DNA of 64,000 nt, taken from the NCBI GenBank assembly GCA_964507125.1, contig CAZDOT010000003.1:916-64915 (forward strand). Reading direction: 5' to 3'. Below the pieces are notes generated by a model. That model was not told the DNA's origin. It made no database searches and saw only the letters and a program-made list of their open reading frames with translations. The stretch is from an uncultured Chitinophagales bacterium. Lineage in GTDB: Bacteria; Bacteroidota; Bacteroidia; Chitinophagales; JADIYW01. Each line of letters begins with the position of its first letter. Positions within the stretch are counted from its first letter, which is position 1. Shown here piece after piece: positions 20,370-30,906 of the stretch. Made by a program: the position numbers and the translations under genes.

Positions 20370-20377
20370 CAAAAATA
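20370..20377 (-). promoter_or_regulatory. -7 box TATTTTTG upstream of carA
   Basis: The reverse strand reads TATTTTTG, 13 nt upstream of the carA ATG, embedded in the T-tract of the rplQ terminator. Confidence 0.4.
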
Positions 20378-20406
20378 AAAAAAAGGATAGTGAAAACACT
20401 ATCCTT
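20371..20406 (-). terminator. rho-independent terminator after rplQ
   Basis: Perfect 10-bp stem AAGGATAGTG / CACTATCCTT with a 4-nt loop. On the minus strand it is followed by TTTTTTTTATTTTT. Confidence 0.75.
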
Positions 20407-20434
20407 GTATATGAATTAAGAATATCATTACATT

Positions 20435-20962
20435 CTATTCTTCTGTTTTTTCTGGTGTAGCAGTAGTATCTTCTACTTGTGGTGTAGTTTCCTCTACCTT
20501 TTCTGCTACCACTTCTGCATTTTCTGCTGCTTTTTTGGATGCACCGGAACGACGTGTTTTCTTTTTCGGTTCTGCTGCTTTTGTAGCTTTCGTTGTGTAA
20601 GTTTCGTTGAAATCTACCAATTCAATGATAGCCATTTCAGCCGCATCACCTAAACGTTGTCCTAAGCGTACAATTCTTGTATAACCGCCTGGTCTGTCAC
20701 CTACTTTTGGAGCAATTACATCAAACAATTCTTTCGTAGCATGTTTATCTTGTAAATAAGAAAACGCTGTACGACGAGAGTGTGTTGTATTGTCTTTAGA
20801 TTTTGTAATTAAAGGCTCTACATATCCTCTCAATTCTTTTGCTTTCGCTACCGTTGTTTCAATTCTTTTGTGTAGAAATAATGCTGAAGATAAATTCTTC
20901 AATAAAGCGGCTCTGTGTCCGTATTTTCTACCTAAGTGATTTATTTTATTTCCGTGTCTCAT
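20435..20962 (-). CDS. rplQ: 50S ribosomal protein L17 (bL17) with acidic C-terminal extension
   Basis: 175 aa starting [17 protein letters not shown]; last gene of the alpha operon. Confidence 0.95.
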   Translation of the reverse strand: MRHGNKINHLGRKYGHRAALLKNLSSALFLHKRIETTVAKAKELRGYVEPLITKSKDNTTHSRRTAFSYLQDKHATKELFDVIAPKVGDRPGGYTRIVRLGQRLGDAAEMAIIELVDFNETYTTKATKAAEPKKKTRRSGASKKAAENAEVVAEKVEETTPQVEDTTATPEKTEE

Positions 20963-21033
20963 TTTATGAATATTAAGTAGTGTGTAATAAATAATCCGAC
21001 TGTTGGACTATCTTTATTCTACTCATTTATAAT

Positions 21034-22029
21034 TTAGTCTTCTAATTTAAATTTTGAAAGATCCATACCGAAGTGCATACCTTTCTCAATAATCAACTCT
21101 TCAATTTCTACTAATGACTTACGACCAAAGTTTCTGAATTTCAATAATTCGTTGGTATCGTATTGAACTAACTCTGACAATGAATTAATTTTAGCTGCTT
21201 TTAAACAGTTGTAAGCACGAACTGAAAGGTCTAAATCTTCCAATGGTGTTTTCAATATTTTACGCATGTGTAAGATGTGTTCATCCACAACTTCTTCTTG
21301 TCCTTTTTCTTCTGAGTCGAACGTGATATTTTCATCAGACACCAACATTAAGTGTTGAATCAAGATTTTAGCTGCTTCTTTTACTGCATCTTCCGGATGA
21401 ATAGTACCGTCCGTTTTTACATCTATAATTAATTTTTCAAAATCTGTACGTTGTTCAACACGAGTATTTTCGATTTTGTAACGTACATTTTTGATAGGTG
21501 TGTAGATAGAATCTACCGGAATTAAACCAACGATAGAGCTGTCTACATAATGCTCTTCAGCCGCTACGTAACCTCTACCTTTACCGATAGAAATCTCTAA
21601 CTCTAAGTTGACATTTTTTTCCATGTTACAAATTACCAAATCAGGATTTGTTACAGCAAATACGTTTGTATGTGCTTCGATATCACCTGCAGTAAATTGC
21701 TCTTTATTTTTTAATGAGATATAAATCTTCTCATAACCGGCATCAGCATCTTGCAAAATACGTTTCAAACGTACTTGTTTGATGTTTAATACGATTTCTG
21801 TAACGTCCTCGATAACACCTTTTATAGTAGAAAATTCATGATTAACACCAGCAATTTTAATATTGGTAATAGCATAACCTTCTAAAGAAGAAAGCAATAC
21901 TCTACGCAAAGCGTTACCGATGGTATTTCCAAAACCTGGTTCTAATGGTGCAAACTCGAATGTTCCTTCGAAGTCTGTTGCCTTTTGTAAAAGAATCTTA
22001 TCCGGTTTTTGAAATGATAAAATAGCCAT
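21034..22029 (-). CDS. rpoA: DNA-directed RNA polymerase alpha subunit
   Basis: 331 aa with [11 protein letters not shown] and a C-terminal domain containing [10 protein letters not shown]. Confidence 0.97.
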   Translation of the reverse strand: MAILSFQKPDKILLQKATDFEGTFEFAPLEPGFGNTIGNALRRVLLSSLEGYAITNIKIAGVNHEFSTIKGVIEDVTEIVLNIKQVRLKRILQDADAGYEKIYISLKNKEQFTAGDIEAHTNVFAVTNPDLVICNMEKNVNLELEISIGKGRGYVAAEEHYVDSSIVGLIPVDSIYTPIKNVRYKIENTRVEQRTDFEKLIIDVKTDGTIHPEDAVKEAAKILIQHLMLVSDENITFDSEEKGQEEVVDEHILHMRKILKTPLEDLDLSVRAYNCLKAAKINSLSELVQYDTNELLKFRNFGRKSLVEIEELIIEKGMHFGMDLSKFKLED

Positions 22030-22100
22030 ATTTTATTGTTTAATTTTTGATGTTTAATAATCTTGTATTTGACATAACAAATACGAGCCAAACGTACGTA

Positions 22101-22709
22101 TTATTTACTGTATAACTCGACGATTAATTGCTCCTTAATCGTTTCAGGAATTTGGTCTCTATTTGGAATTTCCACAAATCTACCTTCCAATTTCTCTGTA
22201 TTCAATTCCAACCAACCATATTTTTTCACACCACCTAATTTTAAGGTATCTTGTACAAAATCTAAATTTTTAGATTTTTCACGGATACTTACTACATCTC
22301 CTATTTTCACAGTGAAAGAAGGTATGTTTACGATTTTTCCGTTCACGGTAACGTGTTTGTGGTTCACGAATTGACGAGCAGCACTACGAGTAGGTGCAAA
22401 TCCTAAACGGTAAACAGTATTATCTAAACGTTGTTCTAACAAACGCAATAAGTTTTCACCTGGCACACCGTGTTTACGAGTTGCTTCTTCGAATGTTTTA
22501 TAGAATTGACGTTCTAAAACACCGTAGGTATATTTTGCTTTTTGTTTTTCTTTTAACTGAATAGAATATTCAGATTTAGACGAACGTTTTTTAGAACTTC
22601 CATGCTGACCCGGAGCATATTTTCTTTTTTCAAATGCTTTATCGTAGCCAAAAATCGGCTCACCAAATGCTCTTGATTTTTTAGTACGAGGTCCTGTATA
22701 TCTTGCCAT
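22101..22709 (-). CDS. rpsD: 30S ribosomal protein S4
   Basis: 202 aa starting [13 protein letters not shown]. Confidence 0.97.
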   Translation of the reverse strand: MARYTGPRTKKSRAFGEPIFGYDKAFEKRKYAPGQHGSSKKRSSKSEYSIQLKEKQKAKYTYGVLERQFYKTFEEATRKHGVPGENLLRLLEQRLDNTVYRLGFAPTRSAARQFVNHKHVTVNGKIVNIPSFTVKIGDVVSIREKSKNLDFVQDTLKLGGVKKYGWLELNTEKLEGRFVEIPNRDQIPETIKEQLIVELYSK

Positions 22710-22770
22710 AACTTATTTAAAATTTAAGATTGGTTATTTGATGTCAAATTTCAATCTATACTATTAATTA

Positions 22771-23163
22771 TTATACTCTACGTTTTTTAGGTGGACGACA
22801 ACCATTGTGTGGTAATGGTGTAACATCGCGAATAATAGTCACTTCGATACCAGCTACTCCGATTGTACGGATAGCAGATTCACGACCACCGCCTGGTCCT
22901 TTAACAAACACTTCTACCTTGCGTAAGCCAGCTTCGTATGCTTTTGCTCCGGCATCCTGAGCAGCCATTTGTGCTGCATACGGAGTGCTTTTCTTAGAAC
23001 CTCTGAATCCGCATTTTCCGGCGCTACTCCAAGAAATTACTTGACCAGCTTTATTGGTGTAGGAGATAATGATATTATTAAACGTTGATTTAATATAAGC
23101 GTAGCCTTCGGCTTCCACTTTCACTACTCTTTTTTTCGTTGTCTTTTTAGTTGCTTGTGCCAT
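22771..23163 (-). CDS. rpsK: 30S ribosomal protein S11
   Basis: 130 aa ending [18 protein letters not shown]. Confidence 0.97.
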   Translation of the reverse strand: MAQATKKTTKKRVVKVEAEGYAYIKSTFNNIIISYTNKAGQVISWSSAGKCGFRGSKKSTPYAAQMAAQDAGAKAYEAGLRKVEVFVKGPGGGRESAIRTIGVAGIEVTIIRDVTPLPHNGCRPPKKRRV

Positions 23164-23185
23164 TATATATCAGCTTCAAATTTTA

Positions 23186-23563
23186 TTATTTAGTTACTTT
23201 CTTTTTACCGGCAACCGTTTTACGTTTTCCTTTACGTGTACGTGCATTACGTTTCGTGCTTTGACCACGAACCGGTAACCCTTTACGATGACGAATACCT
23301 CTGTAAGAACCAATATCCATTAATCGTTTAATATTTAATTGAGTTTCTGAGCGCAAAACACCTTCAACTTTTACTTCAGCGTTGATAACGTTACGAATAG
23401 CTGTTGCTTCGTCATCTTTCCACTCATGTACTTTTTTCTCCGGATCTACACCTGCTTTCTCTAAAATATATTTAGATGTAGATGCGCCGATTCCGTAGAT
23501 GTACGTCAACCCGATGATTCCTCTTTTGTTTTTAGGAAGATCTATACCTGATACTCTTGCCAT
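23186..23563 (-). CDS. rpsM: 30S ribosomal protein S13
   Basis: 125 aa starting [10 protein letters not shown]. Confidence 0.97.
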   Translation of the reverse strand: MARVSGIDLPKNKRGIIGLTYIYGIGASTSKYILEKAGVDPEKKVHEWKDDEATAIRNVINAEVKVEGVLRSETQLNIKRLMDIGSYRGIRHRKGLPVRGQSTKRNARTRKGKRKTVAGKKKVTK

Positions 23564-23565
23564 GA

Positions 23566-23682
23566 TTATCCTTGTCTTTGTTTAAATTTTGGATTCTTTT
23601 TGTTTACTACATAAATTCTGCCCTTTCTGCGGACGATGATGCAGTCTTCACTACGTTTTTTCACTGATGCTCTTACCTTCAT
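23566..23682 (-). CDS. rpmJ: 50S ribosomal protein L36 (bL36), zinc-ligand-deficient form
   Basis: Hand translation gives [38 protein letters not shown] (38 aa), which is too short for the ORF track. It sits between infA and rpsM as expected. Confidence 0.92.
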   Translation of the reverse strand: MKVRASVKKRSEDCIIVRRKGRIYVVNKKNPKFKQRQG

Positions 23683-23699
23683 GGTAGTTACTTTTTAGT

Positions 23700-23918
23700 T
23701 TATTTATATCTGAAAGTTATTCTTCCTCTGGAGAGATCATAAGGAGAAATTTCAACTGCGACTCTGTCGCCCGGCAGGATTCGTATATAATTCATACGCA
23801 TTTTGCCGGATATTGTAGCTAAAATTTCGTGGCCGTTTTCTAATTTAACGCGAAACATTGCGTTAGAAAGAGCTTCCGTGATCGTACCATCTAATTTTAT
23901 TAAATCTGTTTTACCCAT
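23700..23918 (-). CDS. infA: translation initiation factor IF-1
   Basis: 72 aa S1-like fold protein with [25 protein letters not shown]. Confidence 0.97.
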   Translation of the reverse strand: MGKTDLIKLDGTITEALSNAMFRVKLENGHEILATISGKMRMNYIRILPGDRVAVEISPYDLSRGRITFRYK

Positions 23919-23946
23919 AAATTTCGGACTGCAAATATCGTAATAA

Positions 23947-24747
23947 TTATCTGAAATCCTGAATATATTCTGACTTTTTTATCGCTTCGAATATTAAATT
24001 ATGGTCACTAAGTATGTCTGCCTTCCCTCTTTTCACAGCAATAGTGTGTTCAAAGTGTGCGGAAGGCTTGCCATCTTTCGCTATTATTGTCCACTTATCG
24101 GATAATGTACGTACCTGATAAGTTCCCATATTTATCATTGGTTCAATGGCTATTACTAAGCCTTCTTGTAACATTGGACCTTTTCCTCGCTTGCCATAAT
24201 TGGGTACTTGTGGCTCTTCGTGTAAGTCTTTTCCGATACCATGACCAACTAAATCTCGAACTACACCATATTTATGAGTGAATTCGCAGTAATTTTGAAT
24301 CGCAAATCCGATATCACCAATCCTGTTACCCACTACGGCCTGTTCTATACCTATATAGAGCGAATTAAAGGTTACTTGTAATAGTTTTTTAGCAGCTGCA
24401 TCTACTTCACCGATGGGAAAAGTAAAAGCAGAATCGCCATGAAAACCATCCTTATACACACCACAATCGATGGATAGAATATCTCCTTCTACTATTTCTC
24501 TATCGGATGGAAATCCATGAACAACTTGTTCATTTACAGAAATACATAAGGTTGACGGGAAACCACCATATCCTTTAAATGAAGGCTTCGCACCATTATC
24601 TCGAATGAATTGCTCCGCTATTTCATCTAATTTAGATGTTTTTATTCCGGGTTTAATATATTCTACCAACAACGCATGTGTTTGGCTAACTAACAAAGAA
24701 CTCTTTCTTATTAATTCAATTTCGTCGGGCGTTTTTAAATGAATCAT
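23947..24747 (-). CDS. map: type I methionine aminopeptidase
   Basis: 266 aa with VVHGFP, DCGV and GHGIG metal-site motifs. Confidence 0.95.
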   Translation of the reverse strand: MIHLKTPDEIELIRKSSLLVSQTHALLVEYIKPGIKTSKLDEIAEQFIRDNGAKPSFKGYGGFPSTLCISVNEQVVHGFPSDREIVEGDILSIDCGVYKDGFHGDSAFTFPIGEVDAAAKKLLQVTFNSLYIGIEQAVVGNRIGDIGFAIQNYCEFTHKYGVVRDLVGHGIGKDLHEEPQVPNYGKRGKGPMLQEGLVIAIEPMINMGTYQVRTLSDKWTIIAKDGKPSAHFEHTIAVKRGKADILSDHNLIFEAIKKSEYIQDFR

Positions 24748-24763
24748 CGCACCTAAAATTTAA

Positions 24764-26104
24764 TTAATAGTCTGTGGTAGTCAAATTTCTACCTCTTATT
24801 TTTGCTCCCGATTTGGTTAATCCATCATAATGACGGCTTAATAAATGAGAATTTATTTGTTGCATTGTATCTAAGACAACCGCTACTAAAATCAACAAGG
24901 ATGTACCTCCAAAGAAATAGGCGAATTGTGTGTTTACACCTAACATACTAGCGAATGCCGGCATAATGGCAATTAAGCCTAAGAATGCAGAACCCGGCAA
25001 GGTAATTCTAGATAATACTGTATCAATATATTCCGCAGTATTCGCGCCTGGTTTTACACCCGGAACGAATCCATTATTGCGTTTCAAGTCATCTGCCATT
25101 TGTACCGGATTCATGATTAATGCAGTATAAAAGTAGGTGAATAATACCACCATTAAGAACATTAATATATTATGCGGTAACGACGTAAAATCAGTCAACT
25201 TGCGTAAGAAACCGGAAGCTGCACTATCCGGAAATAATTGAACGAAAGTACCTGGTATAAATAAGAATGCTTGTGCAAAAATGATAGGCATTACACCGGC
25301 AACGTTTACTTTTAATGGTAAGAAACCTCTACGTTGTGTGTATGCATTATTTCCGCCTGACATTTGTTTTGCATAGCTCAATGGCACTTTACGTACTGCT
25401 TGTATCAGCATTATTGTACCTAAAATTACCAATGCTAATATCACCATTTCAAACACTAAAAATAAGATACCACTTCCTGTTGTTGTTCTAGATTTTACTT
25501 CTGCCCAAAAAGATGCCGGTAAACGTGAAATAATGTTTGCCATAATGATTAAAGACGTACCATTACCTAAACCTCTTTCTTGTATTTGTTCTCCTAACCA
25601 CATTACAAAAATAGTACCTGCTGTTAAGATGATAATAGTGGCGATAGTAAACAATACCATATTTACATTTGGTGACACCACTCTCATTTGATTTGACAAT
25701 AAAGAGATGTAAGCAAATGCTTGGAAACCACCTACTACTACCGTTCCGTAACGAGTATATTGTGTAATTTTCTTTCTACCACTTTCGCCTTCTTTTTGCA
25801 TTTTTTGGAAATGCGGAACTGCTAAGGTTAACAACTGCATCACGATAGATGTAGAGATATAAGGCATGATACCTAATGCAAAAATGGATGCTTGAGAGAA
25901 AGCACCACCTGCAAAAAGGTCAAAGATTTGGAACAAACCACCGGCTCCGCCGTGTTGTGCAGAAACGCTAACAGGGTCAACGCCCGGAAGAACAACGAAA
26001 CATCCTAAACGATAAATAAACAATAGACCTAAGGTTAAGAATATTCTTTTTCTTAGGTCTTCTATGCTAAAGATGTTTTTTAAGGTGTCTATAAATTGCT
26101 TCAT
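24764..26104 (-). CDS. secY: preprotein translocase subunit SecY
   Basis: 446 aa 10-TM protein in the spc-operon position. Confidence 0.97.
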   Translation of the reverse strand: MKQFIDTLKNIFSIEDLRKRIFLTLGLLFIYRLGCFVVLPGVDPVSVSAQHGGAGGLFQIFDLFAGGAFSQASIFALGIMPYISTSIVMQLLTLAVPHFQKMQKEGESGRKKITQYTRYGTVVVGGFQAFAYISLLSNQMRVVSPNVNMVLFTIATIIILTAGTIFVMWLGEQIQERGLGNGTSLIIMANIISRLPASFWAEVKSRTTTGSGILFLVFEMVILALVILGTIMLIQAVRKVPLSYAKQMSGGNNAYTQRRGFLPLKVNVAGVMPIIFAQAFLFIPGTFVQLFPDSAASGFLRKLTDFTSLPHNILMFLMVVLFTYFYTALIMNPVQMADDLKRNNGFVPGVKPGANTAEYIDTVLSRITLPGSAFLGLIAIMPAFASMLGVNTQFAYFFGGTSLLILVAVVLDTMQQINSHLLSRHYDGLTKSGAKIRGRNLTTTDY

Positions 26105-26108
26105 AAGC

Positions 26109-26564
26109 TTATGCTATAATTGTGGCAGTACCACTATTTTTCTCGATTGCTTCTTTTGCTTTATTACTAAATGCGTGTGCTGCTACGTTCAATGAACCTT
26201 TTAAATCACCATTCGCTAATACTTTAATTTTATCGGTTGCTTTTACCAATTTTAAAGTTCTATATGTTTCGAAGTTGAATTCAGTGATATTGTTTTTCTC
26301 CGCAAGTGCTTGTAATTCAGCTAAATTAATTGTTCTGAACTCGATTCTATTTGGATTTTTAAAACCTCTTTTTGGCAAACGACGTTGTAACGGCATTTGA
26401 CCACCTTCAAAACCTCTTTTAGATTTATAACCAGAACGAGATTTAGCACCTTTATGGCCTTTCCCAGCAGTACCACCAGAGCCAGAACCTTGACCTCTTG
26501 CTATACGTTTGCGACCTTTTACGGCACCATTGGCAGGCTTTAAATTATTTAAACTGATACTCAT
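26109..26564 (-). CDS. rplO: 50S ribosomal protein L15
   Basis: 151 aa with GRGQGSGSGGTAGKGHKG. Confidence 0.97.
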   Translation of the reverse strand: MSISLNNLKPANGAVKGRKRIARGQGSGSGGTAGKGHKGAKSRSGYKSKRGFEGGQMPLQRRLPKRGFKNPNRIEFRTINLAELQALAEKNNITEFNFETYRTLKLVKATDKIKVLANGDLKGSLNVAAHAFSNKAKEAIEKNSGTATIIA

Positions 26565-26568
26565 TATA

Positions 26569-26748
26569 TTAGATATTTTCTACCGTTACTAAATGTTTTA
26601 CTTTTGCTACCATACCCAATACTTGTGGTGTAGCTTCTTTTTCTACGCTTCTGTTTACTTTTTGGATACCCAATGCTTTGATGGTATCTTTTTGGCGTTT
26701 ACTTCTATCGATGGTACTTTTTACCTGCGTGATTTTTATCTTTGCCAT
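26569..26748 (-). CDS. rpmD: 50S ribosomal protein L30
   Basis: Hand translation gives MAKIKITQVKSTIDRSKRQKDTIKALGIQKVNRSVEKEATPQVLGMVAKVKHLVTVENI (59 aa). It lies between rpsE and rplO and is just below the apparent length cutoff of the ORF track. Confidence 0.9.
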   Translation of the reverse strand: MAKIKITQVKSTIDRSKRQKDTIKALGIQKVNRSVEKEATPQVLGMVAKVKHLVTVENI

Positions 26749-26752
26749 AGTC

Positions 26753-27274
26753 TTATCCGTTGAATACTTTAGATAATTTTACACCTCTATCACGAGCAAC
26801 TCGGAATGGGTCTCTTAATAATGTCAATGCTTGAATAGTTGCTTTTACTACGTTGTGCGGATTAGCAGAACCTAATGATTTTGCTAATACGTCGTGAATA
26901 CCAGCACTTTCTAAAACTGCACGCATAGAGCCTCCAGCAATAACACCTGTACCTTGAGAAGCCGGTTTGATTAATACTTTTGCTCCATCAAATTCAGCTA
27001 ATTGATCGTGTGGAATAGTTCCTTTTAAAATAGGTACTTTCACTAAGTTTTTCTTCGCATCATCAATACCTTTTTGGATAGCCTCTTGTACCTCACGTGC
27101 TTTACCTAAACCGTGACCTACGGTGCCATTTCCGTCGCCTACTACAACTAATGCTGAGAAACTGAACGTACGTCCACCTTTCGTAACTTTTGCTACGCGT
27201 TGGATGCCTACTACCTTTTCTTTTAATTCGATTTCGGCTGCTGTTCTAACTTTATTTTCTTTTACTTTTGACAT
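26753..27274 (-). CDS. rpsE: 30S ribosomal protein S5
   Basis: 173 aa with [21 protein letters not shown]. Confidence 0.97.
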   Translation of the reverse strand: MSKVKENKVRTAAEIELKEKVVGIQRVAKVTKGGRTFSFSALVVVGDGNGTVGHGLGKAREVQEAIQKGIDDAKKNLVKVPILKGTIPHDQLAEFDGAKVLIKPASQGTGVIAGGSMRAVLESAGIHDVLAKSLGSANPHNVVKATIQALTLLRDPFRVARDRGVKLSKVFNG

Positions 27275-27319
27275 ATCATTTTTTTTTGACTGACACTGGC
27301 GAGGTGCCTTTCTTATTTT

Positions 27320-27664
27320 TTAGAATTGTAATCCGTTTTCTCTGGCTGCATCAGCTAATGCTTTTACTCTGCCGTGGTATAAAAATCCATTTCTATCAAA
27401 AACTACGGTAGAGATGTTTGCTGCTTTTGCTTTTGCGGCAACTGCTGCACCTACTGCTTTTGCTTTTTCTGTTTTGCTTCCTGTTGATTTTTGAGAAGAA
27501 ACAGATAAGATAGTTTTTTTGGAAACATCGTCAATAATCTGAGCATATATTTCGCTGTTGCTTCTAAAAATAGTTAATCTCGGGCGAGCTTCTGTACCGC
27601 TGATTTTTTTGCGGATGCTGTATTTTATTTTTTCTCTTCGAGATAATTTATTGGTTACTGCCAT
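27320..27664 (-). CDS. rplR: 50S ribosomal protein L18
   Basis: 114 aa with [26 protein letters not shown]. Confidence 0.97.
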   Translation of the reverse strand: MAVTNKLSRREKIKYSIRKKISGTEARPRLTIFRSNSEIYAQIIDDVSKKTILSVSSQKSTGSKTEKAKAVGAAVAAKAKAANISTVVFDRNGFLYHGRVKALADAARENGLQF

Positions 27665-27709
27665 GACAATAATTTTTATTTTTTGATAGACACTTAATGT
27701 GTTCTAATT

Positions 27710-28267
27710 TTATTTTTTACCTGCAGATTTTCCTGCTTTTTTACGCAATATTTCACCGGCGTATTTGATACCTTTACCTTTGTATGGCTCTGGTTTTCTC
27801 AAGCTTCTGATTTTTGCAGCTACTTGTCCGATTAATTGTTTATCATTACTTTCTAAAATGATACGAGGTGGTTGACCTTTTTCTGTAACAGTTGAAAGTT
27901 TTACTTCTTCTGGCAATACAACATAAACTGGATGTGAGAAACCGATAGATAACTCTAACAATTGTCCTTGATTGCTGGCACGGAAACCGACACCCACCAC
28001 TTCCAATTGTTTTTTGTAACCTGTGCTTGCTCCAACGATTATGTTGTTCAACAATGCTCTATATAAACCGTGCAAAGTTTTATGACGTTTTTGATCTGTT
28101 GGTCGTTCTAAGATAACTTTTCCGTCTTCTACTTTCACCGTGATATCTCTATCTACTTTTTCTGATAAAGTTCCATTAGGCCCTTTTACTGTAACCACGT
28201 TATTATCTGCAACGCTTACTTCAGTTTTCGCCGGTATTGTTATTGGTAATTTTCCTACGCGTGACAT
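27710..28267 (-). CDS. rplF: 50S ribosomal protein L6
   Basis: 185 aa starting MSRVGKLPI. Confidence 0.97.
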   Translation of the reverse strand: MSRVGKLPITIPAKTEVSVADNNVVTVKGPNGTLSEKVDRDITVKVEDGKVILERPTDQKRHKTLHGLYRALLNNIIVGASTGYKKQLEVVGVGFRASNQGQLLELSIGFSHPVYVVLPEEVKLSTVTEKGQPPRIILESNDKQLIGQVAAKIRSLRKPEPYKGKGIKYAGEILRKKAGKSAGKK

Positions 28268-28277
28268 GACTTTAATT

Positions 28278-28676
28278 TTAAGATACTATGCAAATAATTT
28301 CACCACCTACGTTTAAGTTTTTCGCTTGTTTATCTGTCAAAATTCCTTTTGATGTAGATAAGATAGCTAAACCTAAGCCGTTTTTCACTCTTGGGATGCC
28401 TGCTACATGAGCGTAGCGACGTAAGCCCGGTTTTGAGATTCTAATTAACTCTCTGATTGCCGGTTCTTTTGTTTCCGGATTGTATTTCAATGCAATTTTG
28501 ATAGTTCCTTGTGGACCTTCTTCATCAAATTTGAATTTTAAAATATAACCGTTTTCGTGTAAGATTTCGGTTAATTTTCTCTTCATGTTTGAAGCAGGAA
28601 TGTCAACGATGGTGTGACCAGCAAGTTGTGCATTTCTGATTCGTGTCAGGAAATCTGCTATTGGATCTGTAACCAT
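28278..28676 (-). CDS. rpsH: 30S ribosomal protein S8
   Basis: 132 aa starting [16 protein letters not shown]. Confidence 0.97.
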   Translation of the reverse strand: MVTDPIADFLTRIRNAQLAGHTIVDIPASNMKRKLTEILHENGYILKFKFDEEGPQGTIKIALKYNPETKEPAIRELIRISKPGLRRYAHVAGIPRVKNGLGLAILSTSKGILTDKQAKNLNVGGEIICIVS

Positions 28677-28844
28677 TTCAATTTTTTGTTTAGACCGCTT
28701 AGATGTGAGACTTAAGTCGAGTACGGCTCAGTTTCCCACCTTCACTTTTTATTTATAATTTATTTTTTTTGACTCTTTGAGTTTTAGAGGTAAGATGCGA
28801 GAGAAATGCTATTTATCTCTTTTCTCATCTCTGGATTTCATTTT

Positions 28845-29114
28845 TTACCAGCTTGCTTTAGATACACCCGGAATCATACCGTAGCTTGCTAAATCTCTGA
28901 ATTGTATTCTTGACAATCCGAAGAATCCGATATAGCCACGTGGTCTTCCTGTTAACTTACATCTTTTTCTGTAACGAACCGGAGATGCATTTTTAGGAAG
29001 TTTATCCAATGCTGTATAATCACCTGCTTTTTTTAATTCTTCACGTTTTGCTTTGTATTTGTTGATGAGTTTCAAACGTTTTGCATCACGTGCTTTCATT
29101 GATTCTTTTGCCAT
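28845..29114 (-). CDS. rpsN: 30S ribosomal protein S14 (long, non-zinc form)
   Basis: 89 aa ending [11 protein letters not shown], with no CxxC pairs. Confidence 0.95.
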   Translation of the reverse strand: MAKESMKARDAKRLKLINKYKAKREELKKAGDYTALDKLPKNASPVRYRKRCKLTGRPRGYIGFFGLSRIQFRDLASYGMIPGVSKASW

Positions 29115-29117
29115 AAT

Positions 29118-29669
29118 CTATTTTTTCTTAAATGGTAAGCCAATTTCTTTTAATAATGAATGTGCTTCGTCATCTGTATTTGCAGTTGTAACGAATGTAA
29201 TATCCATACCGCTGATACGAGCAATTTTGTCGATATCAATTTCCGGGAAGATGATATGTTCTGTGATACCTAATGTATAGTTACCTCTTCCGTCGAATGA
29301 TTTGTCGTTGATACCTTTAAAATCACGTACCTGTGGTAAAGCTACTGCCATTAAACGCTCTAAGAATTCGAACATTCTTTCACCACGCAATGTAACACGA
29401 ACACCAATTGGCAAGTTCTCTCTTAATTTAAAGTTAGAGATTGCTTTTTTAGATTTTGTTGCTACTGCTTTTTGTCCGGCAATACGAGAAATTTCGTCGA
29501 GTGAATTATCGATTAATTTTTTATCGCCAACTGCGGCACCTACACCTTGATTGATTACAATCTTAGTTAACTTAGGTACTTGCATTACAGATTTGTAGTT
29601 GTATTTTGCTTTTAAAGCTGGAACAACAACGTCTGTATATTTCTTTTTTAATGTAGGTATATAAGCCAT
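29118..29669 (-). CDS. rplE: 50S ribosomal protein L5
   Basis: 183 aa in the spc-operon position. Confidence 0.97.
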   Translation of the reverse strand: MAYIPTLKKKYTDVVVPALKAKYNYKSVMQVPKLTKIVINQGVGAAVGDKKLIDNSLDEISRIAGQKAVATKSKKAISNFKLRENLPIGVRVTLRGERMFEFLERLMAVALPQVRDFKGINDKSFDGRGNYTLGITEHIIFPEIDIDKIARISGMDITFVTTANTDDEAHSLLKEIGLPFKKK

Positions 29670-30007
29670 TACTTAATTATTTCTCCTGTTTTTTTTGCAA
29701 TTCGTACAATTTTTCCATCTTCTACTTTTCTACCTACTTTGGTAGCGTTACCACCAACTGACAACATTAAGTTAGAGATATGGATAGGTGCTTCTTTTTT
29801 AATGATACCACCTTGTTGGTTTTGTGCATTTGGTTTGGTGTGTTTAGAAACGATTCTAATTCCGGCAACCAATGCTGTATTTTTTGCAGGAAATACTTCT
29901 AATACTTTACCGCTTTTACCACGATCTTCTCCGGCAGTTACGATAACGGTATCTCCTTTTTTGATTTTTAATTTTGGCGCAAAGCGCTTTTGAGTTGGTG
30001 TATTCAT
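29669..30007 (-). CDS. rplX: 50S ribosomal protein L24
   Basis: 112 aa with the [23 protein letters not shown] motif. Confidence 0.95.
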   Translation of the reverse strand: MNTPTQKRFAPKLKIKKGDTVIVTAGEDRGKSGKVLEVFPAKNTALVAGIRIVSKHTKPNAQNQQGGIIKKEAPIHISNLMLSVGGNATKVGRKVEDGKIVRIAKKTGEIIK

Positions 30008-30027
30008 AATGATATACGCTTATTTTT

Positions 30028-30396
30028 TTATAATACTTCCGGTGCTAATGAAATGATTTTCATAAAATCTTTATCTCTCAATTCGCGCGCAACCGGCCCG
30101 AAAATACGTGTACCACGTGGTTCGTCGTTGTTATTTAATAATACAACTGCATTATCATCAAAACGAATGTAAGTACCGTCTTTGCGTTTAATTTCTTTTT
30201 TAGTACGAACAACTACTGCTTTCGTTACTTGTTTTTTCTTTACGTTACCGCCTGGCATTGCATCTTTTACAGATACGACGATTTTATCGCCAATTGAAGC
30301 ATAACGTGCTTTTGTTCCTTTCAATACTCTGATGCAAAGTACTTCTTTGGCGCCGCTGTTATCAGCTACTCGTAGTCTTGATTCTTGTTGTACCAT
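30028..30396 (-). CDS. rplN: 50S ribosomal protein L14
   Basis: 122 aa starting [17 protein letters not shown]. Confidence 0.97.
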   Translation of the reverse strand: MVQQESRLRVADNSGAKEVLCIRVLKGTKARYASIGDKIVVSVKDAMPGGNVKKKQVTKAVVVRTKKEIKRKDGTYIRFDDNAVVLLNNNDEPRGTRIFGPVARELRDKDFMKIISLAPEVL

Positions 30397-30398
30397 TG

Positions 30399-30677
30399 TT
30401 ATTTAGCTTTTTCTACGATTTCTATTAATCTCCATCTTTTTGTTGCACTTAAAGGACGTGTTTCCATAATTTTTACGGTATCGCCGATATTGCACTCATT
30501 TTTTTCATCGTGAGCGTGGAATTTCTTAGTTTTCTTTAAGAATTTTCCGTACTTCGGATGTTTTAATTTACGAACAACTGCCACCGTAATTGTTTTATCC
30601 ATTTTATTGGAAGTAACAACTCCGACTCTAGTTTTTCTTAATTTTCTTTCTATTGTTGTCTCTGTTGACATCTGCAT
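30399..30677 (-). CDS. rpsQ: 30S ribosomal protein S17
   Basis: 92 aa; the true start may be the second Met at 30671. Confidence 0.93.
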   Translation of the reverse strand: MQMSTETTIERKLRKTRVGVVTSNKMDKTITVAVVRKLKHPKYGKFLKKTKKFHAHDEKNECNIGDTVKIMETRPLSATKRWRLIEIVEKAK

Positions 30678-30682
30678 TTATT

Positions 30683-30892
30683 TTATGCTTGATTAGATAA
30701 TTGTCTTTTTCTCAATTCTGTTTGGATGCGGGCAATGTGTTTTCTCAATTGTCCTAAATCATTGGTATTTTCCAATGGTGTAATCGCATGATTGAACTTT
30801 AATTTTGTCAATTTCAATTTAGAAGCTGACAATTCATTATTCAATTCTTCTACGCTCCATCCTGCTATTTCGCTATATGCTACTGTTGCCAT
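30683..30892 (-). CDS. rpmC: 50S ribosomal protein L29
   Basis: 69 aa in the conserved position between rplP and rpsQ. Confidence 0.9.
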   Translation of the reverse strand: MATVAYSEIAGWSVEELNNELSASKLKLTKLKFNHAITPLENTNDLGQLRKHIARIQTELRKRQLSNQA

Positions 30893-30906
30893 TTTACTTT
30901 ATATTT

